A stretch of DNA of 64,000 nt from the NCBI GenBank assembly GCA_010405405.1, contig MU004239.1, positions 1 to 64,000 of the forward strand, written 5' to 3'. Numbering within the stretch: the first letter of the stretch is position 1; each line of letters starts with the position of its first letter. The translations under genes were made by a program, and so were the position numbers. Below, in pieces: positions 25,734 through 37,342 of the stretch. The DNA comes from Microthyrium microscopicum. Its lineage: Eukaryota. The notes under the pieces are model-generated. The model worked only from the letters and a program-made list of their open reading frames with translations, was not told where the DNA came from and searched no databases.

Positions 25734-25794
25734 CCAGAATGGCAACAATATAGCAATTGCTATATAGTATGCTAGGGTAATGTTGCCATTCTGG
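25734..25794. repeat. Nested inverted repeat: 14-bp arms enclosing an 18-bp perfect palindrome
   Basis: CCAGAATGGCAACA (25734-25747) pairs with TGTTGCCATTCTGG (25781-25794); ATATAGCAATTGCTATAT at 25748-25765. Confidence 0.85.
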
Positions 25795-26555
25795 GGAACA
25801 TGATATCAGTCACAGTTTGCTGTATTTGAGAACTTCTTGGAAGGATCCCAAATGCAATTCCGGGTTCTTAGCTACCGCATACTAGGTACCAAGTGATAAT
25901 GACTGAACGCTAACAGAAGATTCTAGTGGGAGGGCAACTTTGGATTTGAATGTGTACTCATCACCAGACAGTGGACGCCACAATTCTTGCAGTGTCCATT
26001 GTGACATTGTGTATTAGTTTTTTTCAAGAGACTATTCTCAAGTTTTCGAAGTACCGCGACCAAAGCTACATTACATGACTGGCAAATACAGCTCAGGAAA
26101 TAAAAGGAGGTACAAGAAGTCCTCGAAGATCAAATTATGATCGGTGCTCAGAAAGAATATAAAGTACTTGGAGTAACTATCTACAAACCAGATCGAGGCG
26201 GCTCTGATTAACCCCATTTTATATCAGACATCGCATAGGTCCGGCCCTACCATGTATGTATTGACATACTAAACTAGCCCTCGTACCCAAATACTCCTTA
26301 ATTACACCGGCCTAACATAATTATATTCAGATAATAAGAAAGCCCGAAGCTTATCGCTGAAATAGGTCGGTGAGCTTGGGGAGACTATACGCCGGCTATG
26401 CTACGCTTTACGCATAAAGCACGGGTTACATCATAGATTGGTAAAAGGCAAATGTCCGCTGGATAGTATTTGATTTAAACTTATGGTTATCTTCGGACTG
26501 CTGCTTCGTTAAGGTTGCGATTTTCTCAATTTTAACCTCAAAATCGACAGTCAAG

Positions 26556-28004
26556 ATGTTGTTCGCATCAGCTACTCTTGTCTCTGCTCTGCTTGCCAAC
26601 ACTGCTGTTGCGCAAAAGTGCCAGGGAGCAGCTCCTTCCAAGGCAATTGTTGCCAAAGGCTTTATTGCCAAAGTTTTCGCAAGTGGTTTGAGCCAGCCTC
26701 GAGGACTGACATTTGACTCTGAGGGCAATCTTTTGGTAGTTGAGAGAGGCAGAGGTATCACTGCTTTCAAAATCACGGAAGATGCTGGTGGTTGTTTACC
26801 AACCGCTGGAGCCAAATCTACAGCAATTGGAAATGCTCAGGTACAGCAGATGTTGCCATATAGATACGAGTAGTGCTAAGTGTATCGCAGTTGAACCATG
26901 GCATCGATTTATCCCCAGACGGCAAAACCCTCTTCGCATCAAGTGTTTCCACGGCTTGGAGCTGGCCATATGATGCTAAACAAGCAAAAACCACTGGCCC
27001 AGCTACTACCTTGGTCACTGGAATGTCTGGATCCGATCACACCACTCGGACAATTCTGATATCCAAAAAGGCCCCTGGCACCATGCTCATCAGCCGTGGA
27101 AGTGGTTCTAACTATGATATAAGGGCCAAGACGATCGGTTCAGGTTTCAGCCAGATTCGATCCTTTGACATTGCAAAAGTCAGTGCGAAGAGCGTAGCCT
27201 ATACTGAAGGCAAAGTCATCGGATGGGGTCTACGAAATAGTGTTGGTTTAGGAGAAAACCCTGCAGATGGTGGAATTTGGAGCAACGAGAACGGCGCCGA
27301 TCAAATGGATTATGGATCTTCCAAGTTAGATATCCACGAGACAAACCCCGGTGAGGAAATCAACTACCACGGCAAGTTGACTGAGAACTCTCCCCAGCAT
27401 GGAAAGAATTATGGCTACCCAGAATGCGCTGCTACTTGGGATACCCGTGGAATGCCTCAAACCAGCTTGAAGGTTGGACAACATTTCGCACCAAATCCAC
27501 CACGAGGAACAAGTGGAGCTGTCACTGCCACTGATGCGGCTTGTCAAGGACCAAACTATGTCGCTCCAAGATTGAGCTTGCCATCCCACTGGGCGCCAAT
27601 CGACATGGCCTTCACCAAGTCCGGAAGCGTTGCCTACATGACCTCCCGAGGATCATGGTGAGAAATCGCAACGGCTCTGTCAAGGAATTGCTTGCTAACA
27701 TCCTCTTAGGAACAAGAATACCCCAGATGGTTACCAATTATTCGCGATTGACTTCAAGGATGGCCAACCAACGCACCCAGCGACGAGCAAGTCCGCTGCC
27801 ATTGCAATTTTAGAAAACCGCAACGTTGGCAGCGCCTGCAAAGGATTTGTCTCTGGTTGTTTCCGTCCAACTGGTGTTGCAATCGACGCCAAGGGCCGCA
27901 TCTACATGGCTTCTGATGGAACTGGAGAGATTTATGTCATTGGTAAATCAGATGGCTCAAGTGTCCACGATCTTGCTCAAGTAGAACCATATGTGCGAGG
28001 TTAG
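26556..28004 (+). CDS. Secreted glucose/sorbosone-dehydrogenase-like beta-propeller (AA12-like, PQQ-dependent), 3 exons
   Basis: Signal peptide; GLSQPRGL, LNHGI, HTTRTI, GWGLRNSVG, ENGAD, NPGEEIN, NYGYPEC, GSWN, CFRPTG; stop TAG 28002-28004. Confidence 0.85.
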
Positions 28005-28887
28005 ATGAGTAGATAGATGAACAAGCTTGATGGTTAGCAATACATTGTTCTTTGAAGTCTATTTGAGGATTCATTTTTAATAAAACATGAAGTACAATGA
28101 ATTCTTCGTATCCCAACGGTTGCCGGCTTTTTTTTGACCATTATCACAAACCATTTTTTTATAAGCACAAATGTGCAAACCAGCCTTGCTACAATTGAAG
28201 AAGTATGGAAGAATGCCTAAATGCTCTTTCATTGCATTCCGAATACGGGACATCAGGACTATAGAAAGCAGAAATATGTCTCAAATATTACAAGGACAGT
28301 ATCAATCGTCATTGAAGAGTTTATACATGCAACTCTTAGCAAATAAGATTATCCGAACGGTAATTCTGTGGGGAAAGAGCATATTGTGTACCTAAGTAGG
28401 GTATATACTTGCTACTGGGGCCAGTACTCTTTCTATCCGCATGTCAAATCAAGACTAGTACTATATTCCCTGGCGCGGATTACAGTTCTCCGAATGTACG
28501 GACTGATTTCGGTTGTATTAGTATGAAGATGGAGCGGCATGTTCCATAACGGATGCGCGTGACTAATCAGAAAGTGAGTACATCAAGACGTTGTGAATTT
28601 TGGTGTCCCATCCAGCAACGGATCTTGTTTCTGGAGAAGCTGTAGACTTATGGGAAGGTGCATACATACCGTATGTCATACATAAAAGTGTAAGACATGA
28701 TAATGATCAAACAGGTAGCTCATGTCGTACTCAAAAGCATGGCTGGTCACAATACTACCCCGTAATCGCCACACATCTTAGATGAAGGTACGGTATGTCC
28801 TGCAGCATAAATGCCATGGCTCCTTATCGATGATAGGGTCTATTTTGGGTATCGATGCTGGATTAGGCATGACTTCGTATTTCAGTT

Positions 28888-28923
28888 ACTATTCCCAACT
28901 ATTCCCAACTATTCCCAACTATT
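28888..28923. repeat. 10-bp tandem repeat (ACTATTCCCA) x3.5
   Basis: actattcccaactattcccaactattcccaactatt read directly. Confidence 0.85.
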
Positions 28924-29361
28924 TGGAAATGGAATTTGTGTTTTCGAACATGCGCTGGCCCAGCTTCTGAATGGCAAGATACTAGGGTAGGGTACTGCTT
29001 GTTATTATTTCCATAATGCCCCTGATGAAGAAGTTAAAGTAAATCAAGAGGGTTAAACCGTTAATCAACTTGAACAGCGATAGGCGGATTGGTCCATGCG
29101 GCTGCATTAGCTCGGCTGTCCTGTCAGGCCTGACTCCTGAGTGGATCAAAAAGGCCGCTATTGAGCCTATTTTGTTGTCGATTCACTCGATTGGCACAAC
29201 ATTCAAAAGTGGCGTTCAAAAGGTCGAGACTTATTCAGGGGACGTTGGAACTTTCAACTCGCGCCTTGTAAAACGCCTCGGATCGCGTGTCTACTCCACA
29301 GTCACACAGTCACTCGTTACATTCGTTCTTTACTTGTACTACAACTCTCTTGTTTCGCGAC

Positions 29362-31056
29362 ATGTCACGAAGCCGGGCAGAGAGCATAGGTTTGGGGATC
29401 CAGATTCCTGATCATTTATCGTTTCCTAACAGTCTTTCCAAAGCATCGCCCTCTCATAAAGTCACTGAAGTCATGACAACAAACAATCAAGAAAAGGCTC
29501 CGGCGAAGCCTCAAAACATACCATGGATGTCACTTCCCAACAAAGATCAGTTGCTCTTGCTGGGATTATGTAGACTTTCAGAACCGATTTCGAATACATG
29601 CCTCCTCCCTTATATCTTCTACCTCATGAAGTCGGTTCTCACCTCGAACTCGAACAATGGGTCTGCTGCTTCCGAAAACCAGCGCATATCACAATACTCC
29701 GGGATTCTAGTGGCGGCCTTTCCACTGGCGCAGTTTGCGACAAGTATGCCATGGGCGAGGTTAGCAGACTCATATGGAAGAAGGAGGACATTGCTGTGGG
29801 CGATTCTGTTGTCGGTGATATCCAACTTTGCATTCGGGTTCTCTAGGAGTTTCGGGGCTCTGATGTTTTGGCGTACTTTGGCTGGCATCGCCAACGGAAA
29901 TGTCGGAATAATGAGGACGATGACAGCAGAGATTGTGAAGGAAAGAAAGTACGAGACCAAGGCCTTTTTGCTGCTGCCTCTCATCTTCAACTCTGGCATG
30001 GTGGTTGGACTGGCTTTGGGAGGTTGTTTAGCAGATCCAGTCGTCAACCTAGCATGGCTGTTTGGACCAAAAGGCCTCTTCAACATCACTGGAAACGAAC
30101 AAGGAGTTGTATGGGCGGTGCATTACCCCTATGCGTTACCCGCAATGTTCAATTCGCTTATGCTAGGAACTGCCCTGCTGCTGTCATTTTTCTTCCTTCG
30201 AGAAACTCTGGCTGGTCAAGAAGAGCATGTCGACATCGGCATCCGCTATGGAAGATTTGTCCTCCGAAACGCTAAACGAATCATTCGCAGCCGCAAAAAC
30301 TCAGGGTATGCTGCTTTGGCACTGGACGAATTTGGCGACACTCCACCGCTCGCAGGTATTAAGCCAGCACCACCACGAGGTCCACCACCACCAAAACCGC
30401 CGGTTGCTACGATCTGGACCCGAGATGTCATCGCAGCTCTTGTTTCCTTTGCTCTACTCCCGCTCCATAATGGCGCATTCATGCACATATTTCCAGTCTT
30501 CCTTTCCAATCCACCAGCAGAGCACAGCACGGCCACTCTGTTCCACTTTAACGGCGGTCTTGGCCTTAAATCACCATCAATTGGACTCTGGCTCGCCCTT
30601 CTCGGCATCTGCGGTATAATGCTCCAGCTCTTCATCTATCCGCGTATGCAAGCACGAATCGGCACGTTAGGAAACTTTCGCGTCGCCCTATACATGTTCC
30701 CTATCACTTACCTCATCGTGCCATATCTCTCTTTCCTCACCCCTCATGGCTTTGGAAACTGGTTCTGCATCATCCTCGTTGCGTGGTCGCAGGTTATGGC
30801 GCGCACGCTTGCGATTCCAAGTACTGTGATTTTGCTCACCAACGCGGCACCAGCGAAACACGTTCTTGGTACCGTTCATGGCGCCGGTAACATGGTTACC
30901 AGTTTGGCGCGAGCAATCGGGCCGGCGCTTGGTGGATGGGTGTATGCTTGGGGAATCGATCATGACTTGATTGGTGCCGTTTGGTGGTTCTACTTGTTCA
31001 TTATTGCTGTTTGTGCTTTGGCTTGGTCGTATAGAATGAGGCCGATTGCCCAATGA
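29362..31056 (+). CDS. MFS transporter (ZIFL/YCR023C-like), intronless
   Basis: LCRLSEPIS, WARLADSYGRR, GIANGNVGIMRTM, LGTVHG, ARAIGP; about 12 hydrophobic segments. Start could instead be 29473. Confidence 0.88.
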   Translation: MSRSRAESIGLGIQIPDHLSFPNSLSKASPSHKVTEVMTTNNQEKAPAKPQNIPWMSLPNKDQLLLLGLCRLSEPISNTCLLPYIFYLMKSVLTSNSNNGSAASENQRISQYSGILVAAFPLAQFATSMPWARLADSYGRRRTLLWAILLSVISNFAFGFSRSFGALMFWRTLAGIANGNVGIMRTMTAEIVKERKYETKAFLLLPLIFNSGMVVGLALGGCLADPVVNLAWLFGPKGLFNITGNEQGVVWAVHYPYALPAMFNSLMLGTALLLSFFFLRETLAGQEEHVDIGIRYGRFVLRNAKRIIRSRKNSGYAALALDEFGDTPPLAGIKPAPPRGPPPPKPPVATIWTRDVIAALVSFALLPLHNGAFMHIFPVFLSNPPAEHSTATLFHFNGGLGLKSPSIGLWLALLGICGIMLQLFIYPRMQARIGTLGNFRVALYMFPITYLIVPYLSFLTPHGFGNWFCIILVAWSQVMARTLAIPSTVILLTNAAPAKHVLGTVHGAGNMVTSLARAIGPALGGWVYAWGIDHDLIGAVWWFYLFIIAVCALAWSYRMRPIAQ

Positions 31057-31330
31057 GCGCTTTTACTGTAAATTTATGCCTTATAATACCCTTGATAGAT
31101 TAAATGATTCACGTTTTCTGATAAGCTTCGGAACTCTTACATGGTCGTGACAATCAATGGCAGTCATGTTTTTCTTGGCATATTTCACACAGATGCTAAC
31201 ATCTTCAAAGAGATATCAAAGTACTCGACTTCAAAGCTTAAGGCATATCATTAGAGGCAAATTCTTCTTCTGAGAAGAACGACCTCGCGAGCGCTACAAT
31301 TGAAGGCTCGTTGATTTGTGGCCGCGTACA

Positions 31331-32125
31331 TCATGCCATCATGCCTCCATTCGCCATCAAAACCTGCCCATTCACCCAACTGCTGTCAGATCCACAAAAG
31401 AAAGCAGTTGCGTTGGCAATATCTTCTGGTGAGCCTAGCCTATTGTATGGATTCTGCGACTTGATCATATTAAGCATCTCCTCGCTCTTACCCTCGAAAA
31501 ACAGATCTGTACCCGTCGGCCCTGGAGCAATCGCATTGACATTGATTCCCTTGGTGCCCAGATCCTTCGACATGAATTTGGTCATTTGTTCGATAGCACC
31601 TTTGGTCGACGCATACAGCAAGTATGGCGGCATAACATTTGACTGATGGACAACGCCCGTAGAGACAAAGATGACCCTTGAACCAGGCTTCATATGCGGC
31701 ACCGCTTTCTACCTCTCGTTAGCCATCATCTCATACTGTCAGTTGTGAGGCTGAAAATATACCTGCACCAAGAAATACGGGCCCTTGACATTGAGAGCAA
31801 AAGTCTTGTCAAAATCCTCCTCAGTGGTATTGCCGACGGTGCGCATGGGCATAACGCCAGCGTTGGCAATCACAGCATCAATTCGACCAAACCGATCAAT
31901 TGAGCATTTGATAAGCTCTTCTATACCTGCAATCGTCGACACATCTGCCTTGACAGCGATTGCGTGGTCCTCGCCCAAGGTTTTCACAAGAGCGTTGGCT
32001 GGGGCTGGGTTTGAGGAGTAGTTGATTATGACGGAAGCACCGTCCTTTGCGAGGCGGGTTGCAATGGCTGCGCCAATGCCTTTAGAAGCACCGGTGATGA
32101 GAATGACTTTATCGGCGAGAGACAT
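31331..32125 (-). CDS. Short-chain dehydrogenase/reductase, 2 exons
   Basis: TGASKGIG Rossmann motif, NAG, YASTK (YxxxK), NAIAPGP. Confidence 0.93.
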
Positions 32126-33166
32126 GACGATAAGAATGGTGAAGTGTATAGTGAATGGAGTTGATCACAGATAAGTAGCAAGGGTGTTGGAGCAGAAGCG
32201 AGGCGAGAAGTTGTTGAAAACATATTTGATAACAGCGGGCCCCTTCTTATATGCAAGAGGTCCTTCTCATAAGGATACAAGACTGGTTTGTTTTCGGAGC
32301 TACACAGGTACCTTCTACTGTCTGATATGGATGTGCCGGGTACCCCAGACACTTGTTTAGTGAAGCCATGACTGATATAGCCATACCAAATCATTCTGCA
32401 TTCGTGAATCTATGTCATGAATAACATGGGTTAGCGAACTCCTAACATCCTGATGTGTTCATCATATCCTCCAATCTATCTCTGGGCATCCATTTCATTG
32501 AAAGTATGGAGTGAGCTTGAATTGGGCGATGTGGTAATCCGGATATACCTGTTACTTCTCACCTCCGGTCCGCTACTAACAGTGCAATGCTGGACTCAAT
32601 GGACTAGACTTCTGATGATCGAAAGGACCAAAGTGTATACCAGAGATGGAGAGAATAATGCAAGGTAAATATTAGTCATTCATAATTCAGGATCCCGCTA
32701 AGCTGTACTGTAGAGTAGGTAGTCGAGAATATCTGGGCTCGGAATAAACTCGAAATGACCCCTGGTTCGAACCTGCCGCTACTCTTGGAGTCTTCTCAGG
32801 CCTCACAGGTGTATTTGCCGGTATGGCAGCAATAAAGCATGATAGGAACAATTGGCAAAAGGAGGTTTAAGGAGAGAAGATGAGGAAGAGAAAAAAGGAG
32901 GAGGAGGAGGAAAGGAGATTTAGATCAAAATTTGAGGTTGAAATTGTAAAGTGATTCGCTGGCTTCCACCCTGGCCTCAAGCCTCAAGTTCAACCACGGT
33001 TCGCCTTCATCACTTCTCATCTTTCCATACTCTAACTTTGTCCAAAATCTCCCCAACGTCAATCCCTTTTCATCATCTGCATTATATCTCTTCACTGTGA
33101 ACAACACATACCACCCTCCTTCATCCTTCATGTCTTCACACACATAGCGCACCATCTATCTCCGCC

Positions 33167-33779
33167 ATGTCCTCCCGGTATGTGAAAAGCCGCCCGTCTG
33201 ATTCTCAACAACTAACAAGTCGCCCAGTTTCTCCCAACAAGCCTCACAAAGGCAGCGTCTATTCGCCAACTACGATGACGCCCGCCAGCAATCACAAAGT
33301 CCCTCCGGCCGCCGCCCAAACGGCTACGCGCACCCCTCCTACTCTGCCAACCCCAGCACACCGCCAACCGGCGCATTCGGCGCATATCCCTCCGATGGCA
33401 GCTCCTTTCGCGCCGCAACACCCAACTCGAAAGGACAATACAGCGATGCCGTGCTCTCCGAGCTAGAAAGCCAGAATGATGAACAGATGGCTGGACTTAG
33501 CGGCAAAGTGAAGCGGTTAAAAGATGTACGTTTACACACATCGGACAGGTGACGAAGCTGACATGCATATAGTTGACAATGGCAATTGGTGATGAGATTC
33601 GCGAGTCTACGACGCTGGCTGATTCGATGAACGAGACATTTGATGGCACGACGATACGGCTGAAGAATACTATGAATCGCATGTTGCGCATGGCGGAGCG
33701 GACCGGTATTGGTTGGAGGGTTTGGTTGGCTTTCTTTGCCGTTGTTGTGTTGCTGTTTTGGTATGTCAAATTATTTTAG
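33167..33779 (+). CDS. BET1: Qc-SNARE Bet1/Sft1-like, 3 exons
   Basis: MSSR|F..., ATPNSKGQYSDAVLSELESQNDEQMAGLSGKVKRLKD|LTMAIGDEIRES..., C-terminal transmembrane anchor. Confidence 0.88.
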
Positions 33780-33988
33780 AGCTTCAGCGCGTAATGCCTG
33801 AAGACTTTGCGGTGCATAGCATGCTTTAGGAGATTGTCTGATGAGAAGATGAGGCTAGTTTCGGAAGCATTTGTATTATAGGTTGTATAGATATGCTGCT
33901 GTTTGCACAGGTAATGCATCGTACTACGCATACTGTCTACGGCAAGTCTGCCTTTAAGTTTATGATGTAGGCCTCAATTCCTCGATCA

Positions 33989-35594
33989 CTACCGATACTT
34001 CTCCAAGCTTGCATCTTCGTCTATCCTTCTCTGTACTAGATCGCAGACTTTCTGATCGTAGACTTCCTCTGGAGTCTTATCTCCCTGCAGAACCAGCTTC
34101 ATATGTTGAGCAGCTTCTTCCTTGGTCATGCACACCAAATCGGACGTTGAGAGCTTGACGAGCTTTTGTCCGGGTATTGAATCATCAAAGAAGCCTGGCT
34201 CTGGCTTCCGCCATCTGGTCAAAACCAGTCGCGTGGAAAGACCACTGACCGCACTTCGCCCGCGATACATCTCATCAGCCACATAGCCCGCATCATCAGC
34301 GGTTAGTGACAGCTTGAGACCAACAGTATCTCCCCCCGTCGCCCGCGCCAATCGCTCCTCTTGCCCTAGTAGAGCACCTAGCAGGCCATCGTACATCTTG
34401 TCTCTCGACTTAGCCGCCACATATTCGTGCGGATAGCCCGAGATTTCTAGCATGACATGATTCGCAACCGCCATTCCAAAGATAGCTGGCATCGTACCCA
34501 AAACAGGCATAATCCGGACACGAAAGTTACTCAGCACTCCCAGCTCGCCCACATTCCCCTTCGCAAACTCATCTTCTGCCAGCGGGAGTAATTGCGCCTT
34601 GCCTGGCCCAGGCCGCTCTGTTGAAAAGACCACAGGTATGCCGCTTTTGATGCCGCGCTTTCGCAGCTTCACACGAGTAGACTTGCTCAACGGATCGTCC
34701 GTGCTAGCCGCAATATCGCCAATAACAATTCGTGTTGGATCGCTTTTTGCGCCCGCGCCCATGCTCGATATGACCTTTATTCCGTTTGCATCACAATACG
34801 CCAGCAAGTCGACTTTGCTGTCTATATTGTCAATAGCATCGACGACATAATCCGGTGCCTGGCCGTCCAGCGGCGCGAGTTGTGCATCCGCTACATGAGC
34901 GCCAAAGAGCTCGTTGCGGCAGTCAAAATGTACCCAGGGCGTGACAGCTTCGAGGCGGCGCCGGATAGCGTGAACTTTCGGGGTGCCGACGTCTGTGAGT
35001 GTGGCTACGGCGTGGCGGTTGAGGGAGGAGAGGGTAACTTGGTCAAAATCGATGAGACGGATTTTCGAGATGCCGGAACGTGCGAGGGCGGCTGCTGCGT
35101 GGGAGCCTACACCACCGCAGCCGACGATTATGATGAAGGCGGAGCGGAGTTTTTGGAGACCCTCATCGGTGAGGAAGACGCGATTTCGGGCTAGTTGTTC
35201 GAGAATGAGTTCTATGATGCGTTAGAGTTGTGCTTATCGTGTATGTTGTGTGCGGCTACCATCGTCGTAATCGCCTTGTCTTGCTCGTAAAGCTAAGACA
35301 GCGTTGCGCTCATCTTCTTTGCTTGGAGCTGCTAGATCCGCTGCTGCTCCATATTCGGTGAGCTGGAAGAAATGATTAGTGAAAGTTCCAATGCTTTGCG
35401 GAAAGACGTACTCGTTCAGATAAATGACTCTCAGATATCTCCGGGATTGAGTCCTTCACTGCTTTGACTCGAGTTCGGCGGCGGACTTCTTGGCCACCAA
35501 GTATAATGCCGGCAGTAAGTGATATTGATACCACACTTACTACGATAAGATGGATCTGGTTCGTGGACGGCGTGATCCTGCTAATGAATGACAT
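33989..35594 (-). CDS. tRNA threonylcarbamoyladenosine dehydratase (ThiF/E1-like, TCD1/TCD2 family)
   Basis: N-terminal TM segment; IVGCGGVGS, IDFDQVTLSSLNRHA, VVDAIDN, SSMGAGAKSDPT, RVRIMPVLGTMPAIFG; 2 introns near the 5' end. Confidence 0.9.
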
Positions 35595-35846
35595 GGAGTC
35601 GTGAAGGGTGTGGGTGATACTGGAGGTCGGAGATTTGGCGGGTAAAAAAAGTTCAACACCATCATCAGCTCCACAAATTACATCACCAGCTAAATCGATC
35701 AATGTTCAAGACTGCGAGCATCACATTTCCATATTTTGACATGGAAGATACACTGAAGACTGATAGTCATATTCTTTCTTTGCGACCTTTTATTGATGCC
35801 TTCTAGATTCAACATATTGGCTTGTAGAGCTCAAGCTTAAAGTACT

Positions 35847-36647
35847 CTATCTATCCGCACCCCGTTTCCAAACGGATGTTGCCCGATTATTCTCCACCTG
35901 ATACAAGTATTCGGAATCCGAACCCGTTTGTCTTTCTGCTGCCTGTCCCCCATGCGATATCATCAACACGCCGCTCACGTCCTTGGCATGTCCAGTGTCC
36001 AATACTCGTGTGGAGAGCACCAAATTTGCTTGATGGCCTAGTGTCATGAGGAATTGCTGCTGTTGGGTCCGTAATGGCGTTTGAGAATTTGCTTCAAGAG
36101 AAAAAAGGTCCGAAGCAGTGAGAATTATCGTGCTTCTAACCACCGCACGTAGACCTATGACTATAGCAAGCAGCGAGTCTGCGCTTATTGATACTGTCCC
36201 AAGAACAATATCAGGAGAATCTAGAACGAGGACGGCATTTTGGTATTGCTGATCTGAGCTAAGCAGAGTTGTAAGTTCTTTCGCCCATTTCGATAAACCT
36301 TCGGCGCTCGTGAGGGATGGATCGTCGTGGATGGCGAGCTTGTTAGACTTGCTCAATTCATCGGAGTCGATATTCTGATGAACACATGAGAAATCTGCAT
36401 AAAAGACACATAGGTTCCATGACGAAGGACTTACAGCAGCTTTGCGGAGCTCTTGACGCCAAAAGTTGGAGCTTCGCAGCCAGGTCACGATAATGACAGG
36501 TGAAGCTTGTTTCAGAACGGCGGCGACATATCTTATTGCTAGCCATGATGTACTCGTGCCTGCTGTTTCAAGCAGGAGATGCGAGGAACCATCAGGTAAG
36601 TCTGCGATGAGGGATTGCAGCTCAGCAGGGAATTTTGCGAAAGCCAT
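35847..36647 (-). CDS. ELP6: Elongator subunit 6-like
   Basis: RecA-like Elp6 features (LVLDSPD, LSTRVLDTGHAKDVSGVL, EYLY); probable 60-nt intron 36434-36375. Confidence 0.8.
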   Translation of the reverse strand: MAFAKFPAELQSLIADLPDGSSHLLLETAGTSTSWLAIRYVAAVLKQASPVIIVTWLRSSNFWRQELRKAAVSPSSWNLCVFYADFSCVHQNIDSDELSKSNKLAIHDDPSLTSAEGLSKWAKELTTLLSSDQQYQNAVLVLDSPDIVLGTVSISADSLLAIVIGLRAVVRSTIILTASDLFSLEANSQTPLRTQQQQFLMTLGHQANLVLSTRVLDTGHAKDVSGVLMISHGGQAAERQTGSDSEYLYQVENNRATSVWKRGADR

Positions 36648-36956
36648 GGCCACTTCACGAAATAGCGGGGGCGGGGATGCTCACGAACTGGAGCTTAAAA
36701 AACTTTATTAGGTGAAAGAAGATAGATATTCTGAGAATGTACATGGTAGCCGAGATGAAGAGTGGCAGACGCCTCAGTGCTTGGGTTGTCACGATTGTAA
36801 GAATATTTATGGAAGCATTAGACGCGGTGCAAAATGTACAGGAAAGTTTGGTGATCACGATAAAATTTGCTAGCTAGTAGAAGTCCCATCCATCGTCCAT
36901 CATCCAAACCCGCCATCATCTCCAGAAACACCAAAAGCCCAATAGGAAACCAAAAA

Positions 36957-37265
36957 GCCTGTCAGACTTCCATCGACACCCGCCCGGAGAGACCGGCCGA
37001 AGCCAAGACATCTAACAGGGACGAGATCATCACCACCGACGCCGAAGCGAAGGTAAAAGCAAAAGCAGTTTCACTCTAGGGTGTCGAGGATTTAGACTCA
37101 TCAGCCAGGTTGTGGAATCCGTGGCTCTGGTAAGAGATTTGGATGAGGACGTTTACTATAGAAATGATTCTCTGAAGTCTAAAGGGTTATAGTTAGCATG
37201 CTTTCGATGAATTTTGACCCGATGCGCAAAGCATATGGGGTGTTGGGGAAACGTACAAAGTCGAC
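36957..37265 (-). ncRNA. U3: U3 snoRNA with a 78-nt spliceosomal intron (37256-37179)
   Basis: Spliced 5' end GUCGACUUU|ACUUCAGAGAAUCAUUUCUAUAG (GAC box, box A', box A), hinge AGAGCCAC, box C' UGAUGA, box B AGAGUGA, box C UGAUGA, 3' GAUGGAAGUCUGA (box D), terminal stem, then a U-run. Intron GTACGT..GCTAAC..TAG. Confidence 0.95.
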
Positions 37266-37328
37266 TAAGAAAAAGAAGAAGAGGAGGAATTGGCGAAAAA
37301 ATTCGAGCGACTATATCGACAGTGCTTG

Positions 37329-37342
37329 AGCCCTAACCCTGA
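37329..37342. promoter_or_regulatory. Telobox/Tbf1-like site upstream of U3
   Basis: AGCCCTAACCCTGA contains an exact aRCCCTaa plus an overlapping degenerate copy, about 65 bp upstream of the U3 5' end. Confidence 0.55.

Noticed and set aside
26556..32125. Secondary-metabolite cluster (AA12, MFS, SDR)
   Set aside because: No PKS, NRPS, terpene synthase or cluster transcription factor in the window.
32740..32800. tRNA gene around GGTTCGAACC
   Set aside because: No T-stem pairing or acceptor stem on either strand.
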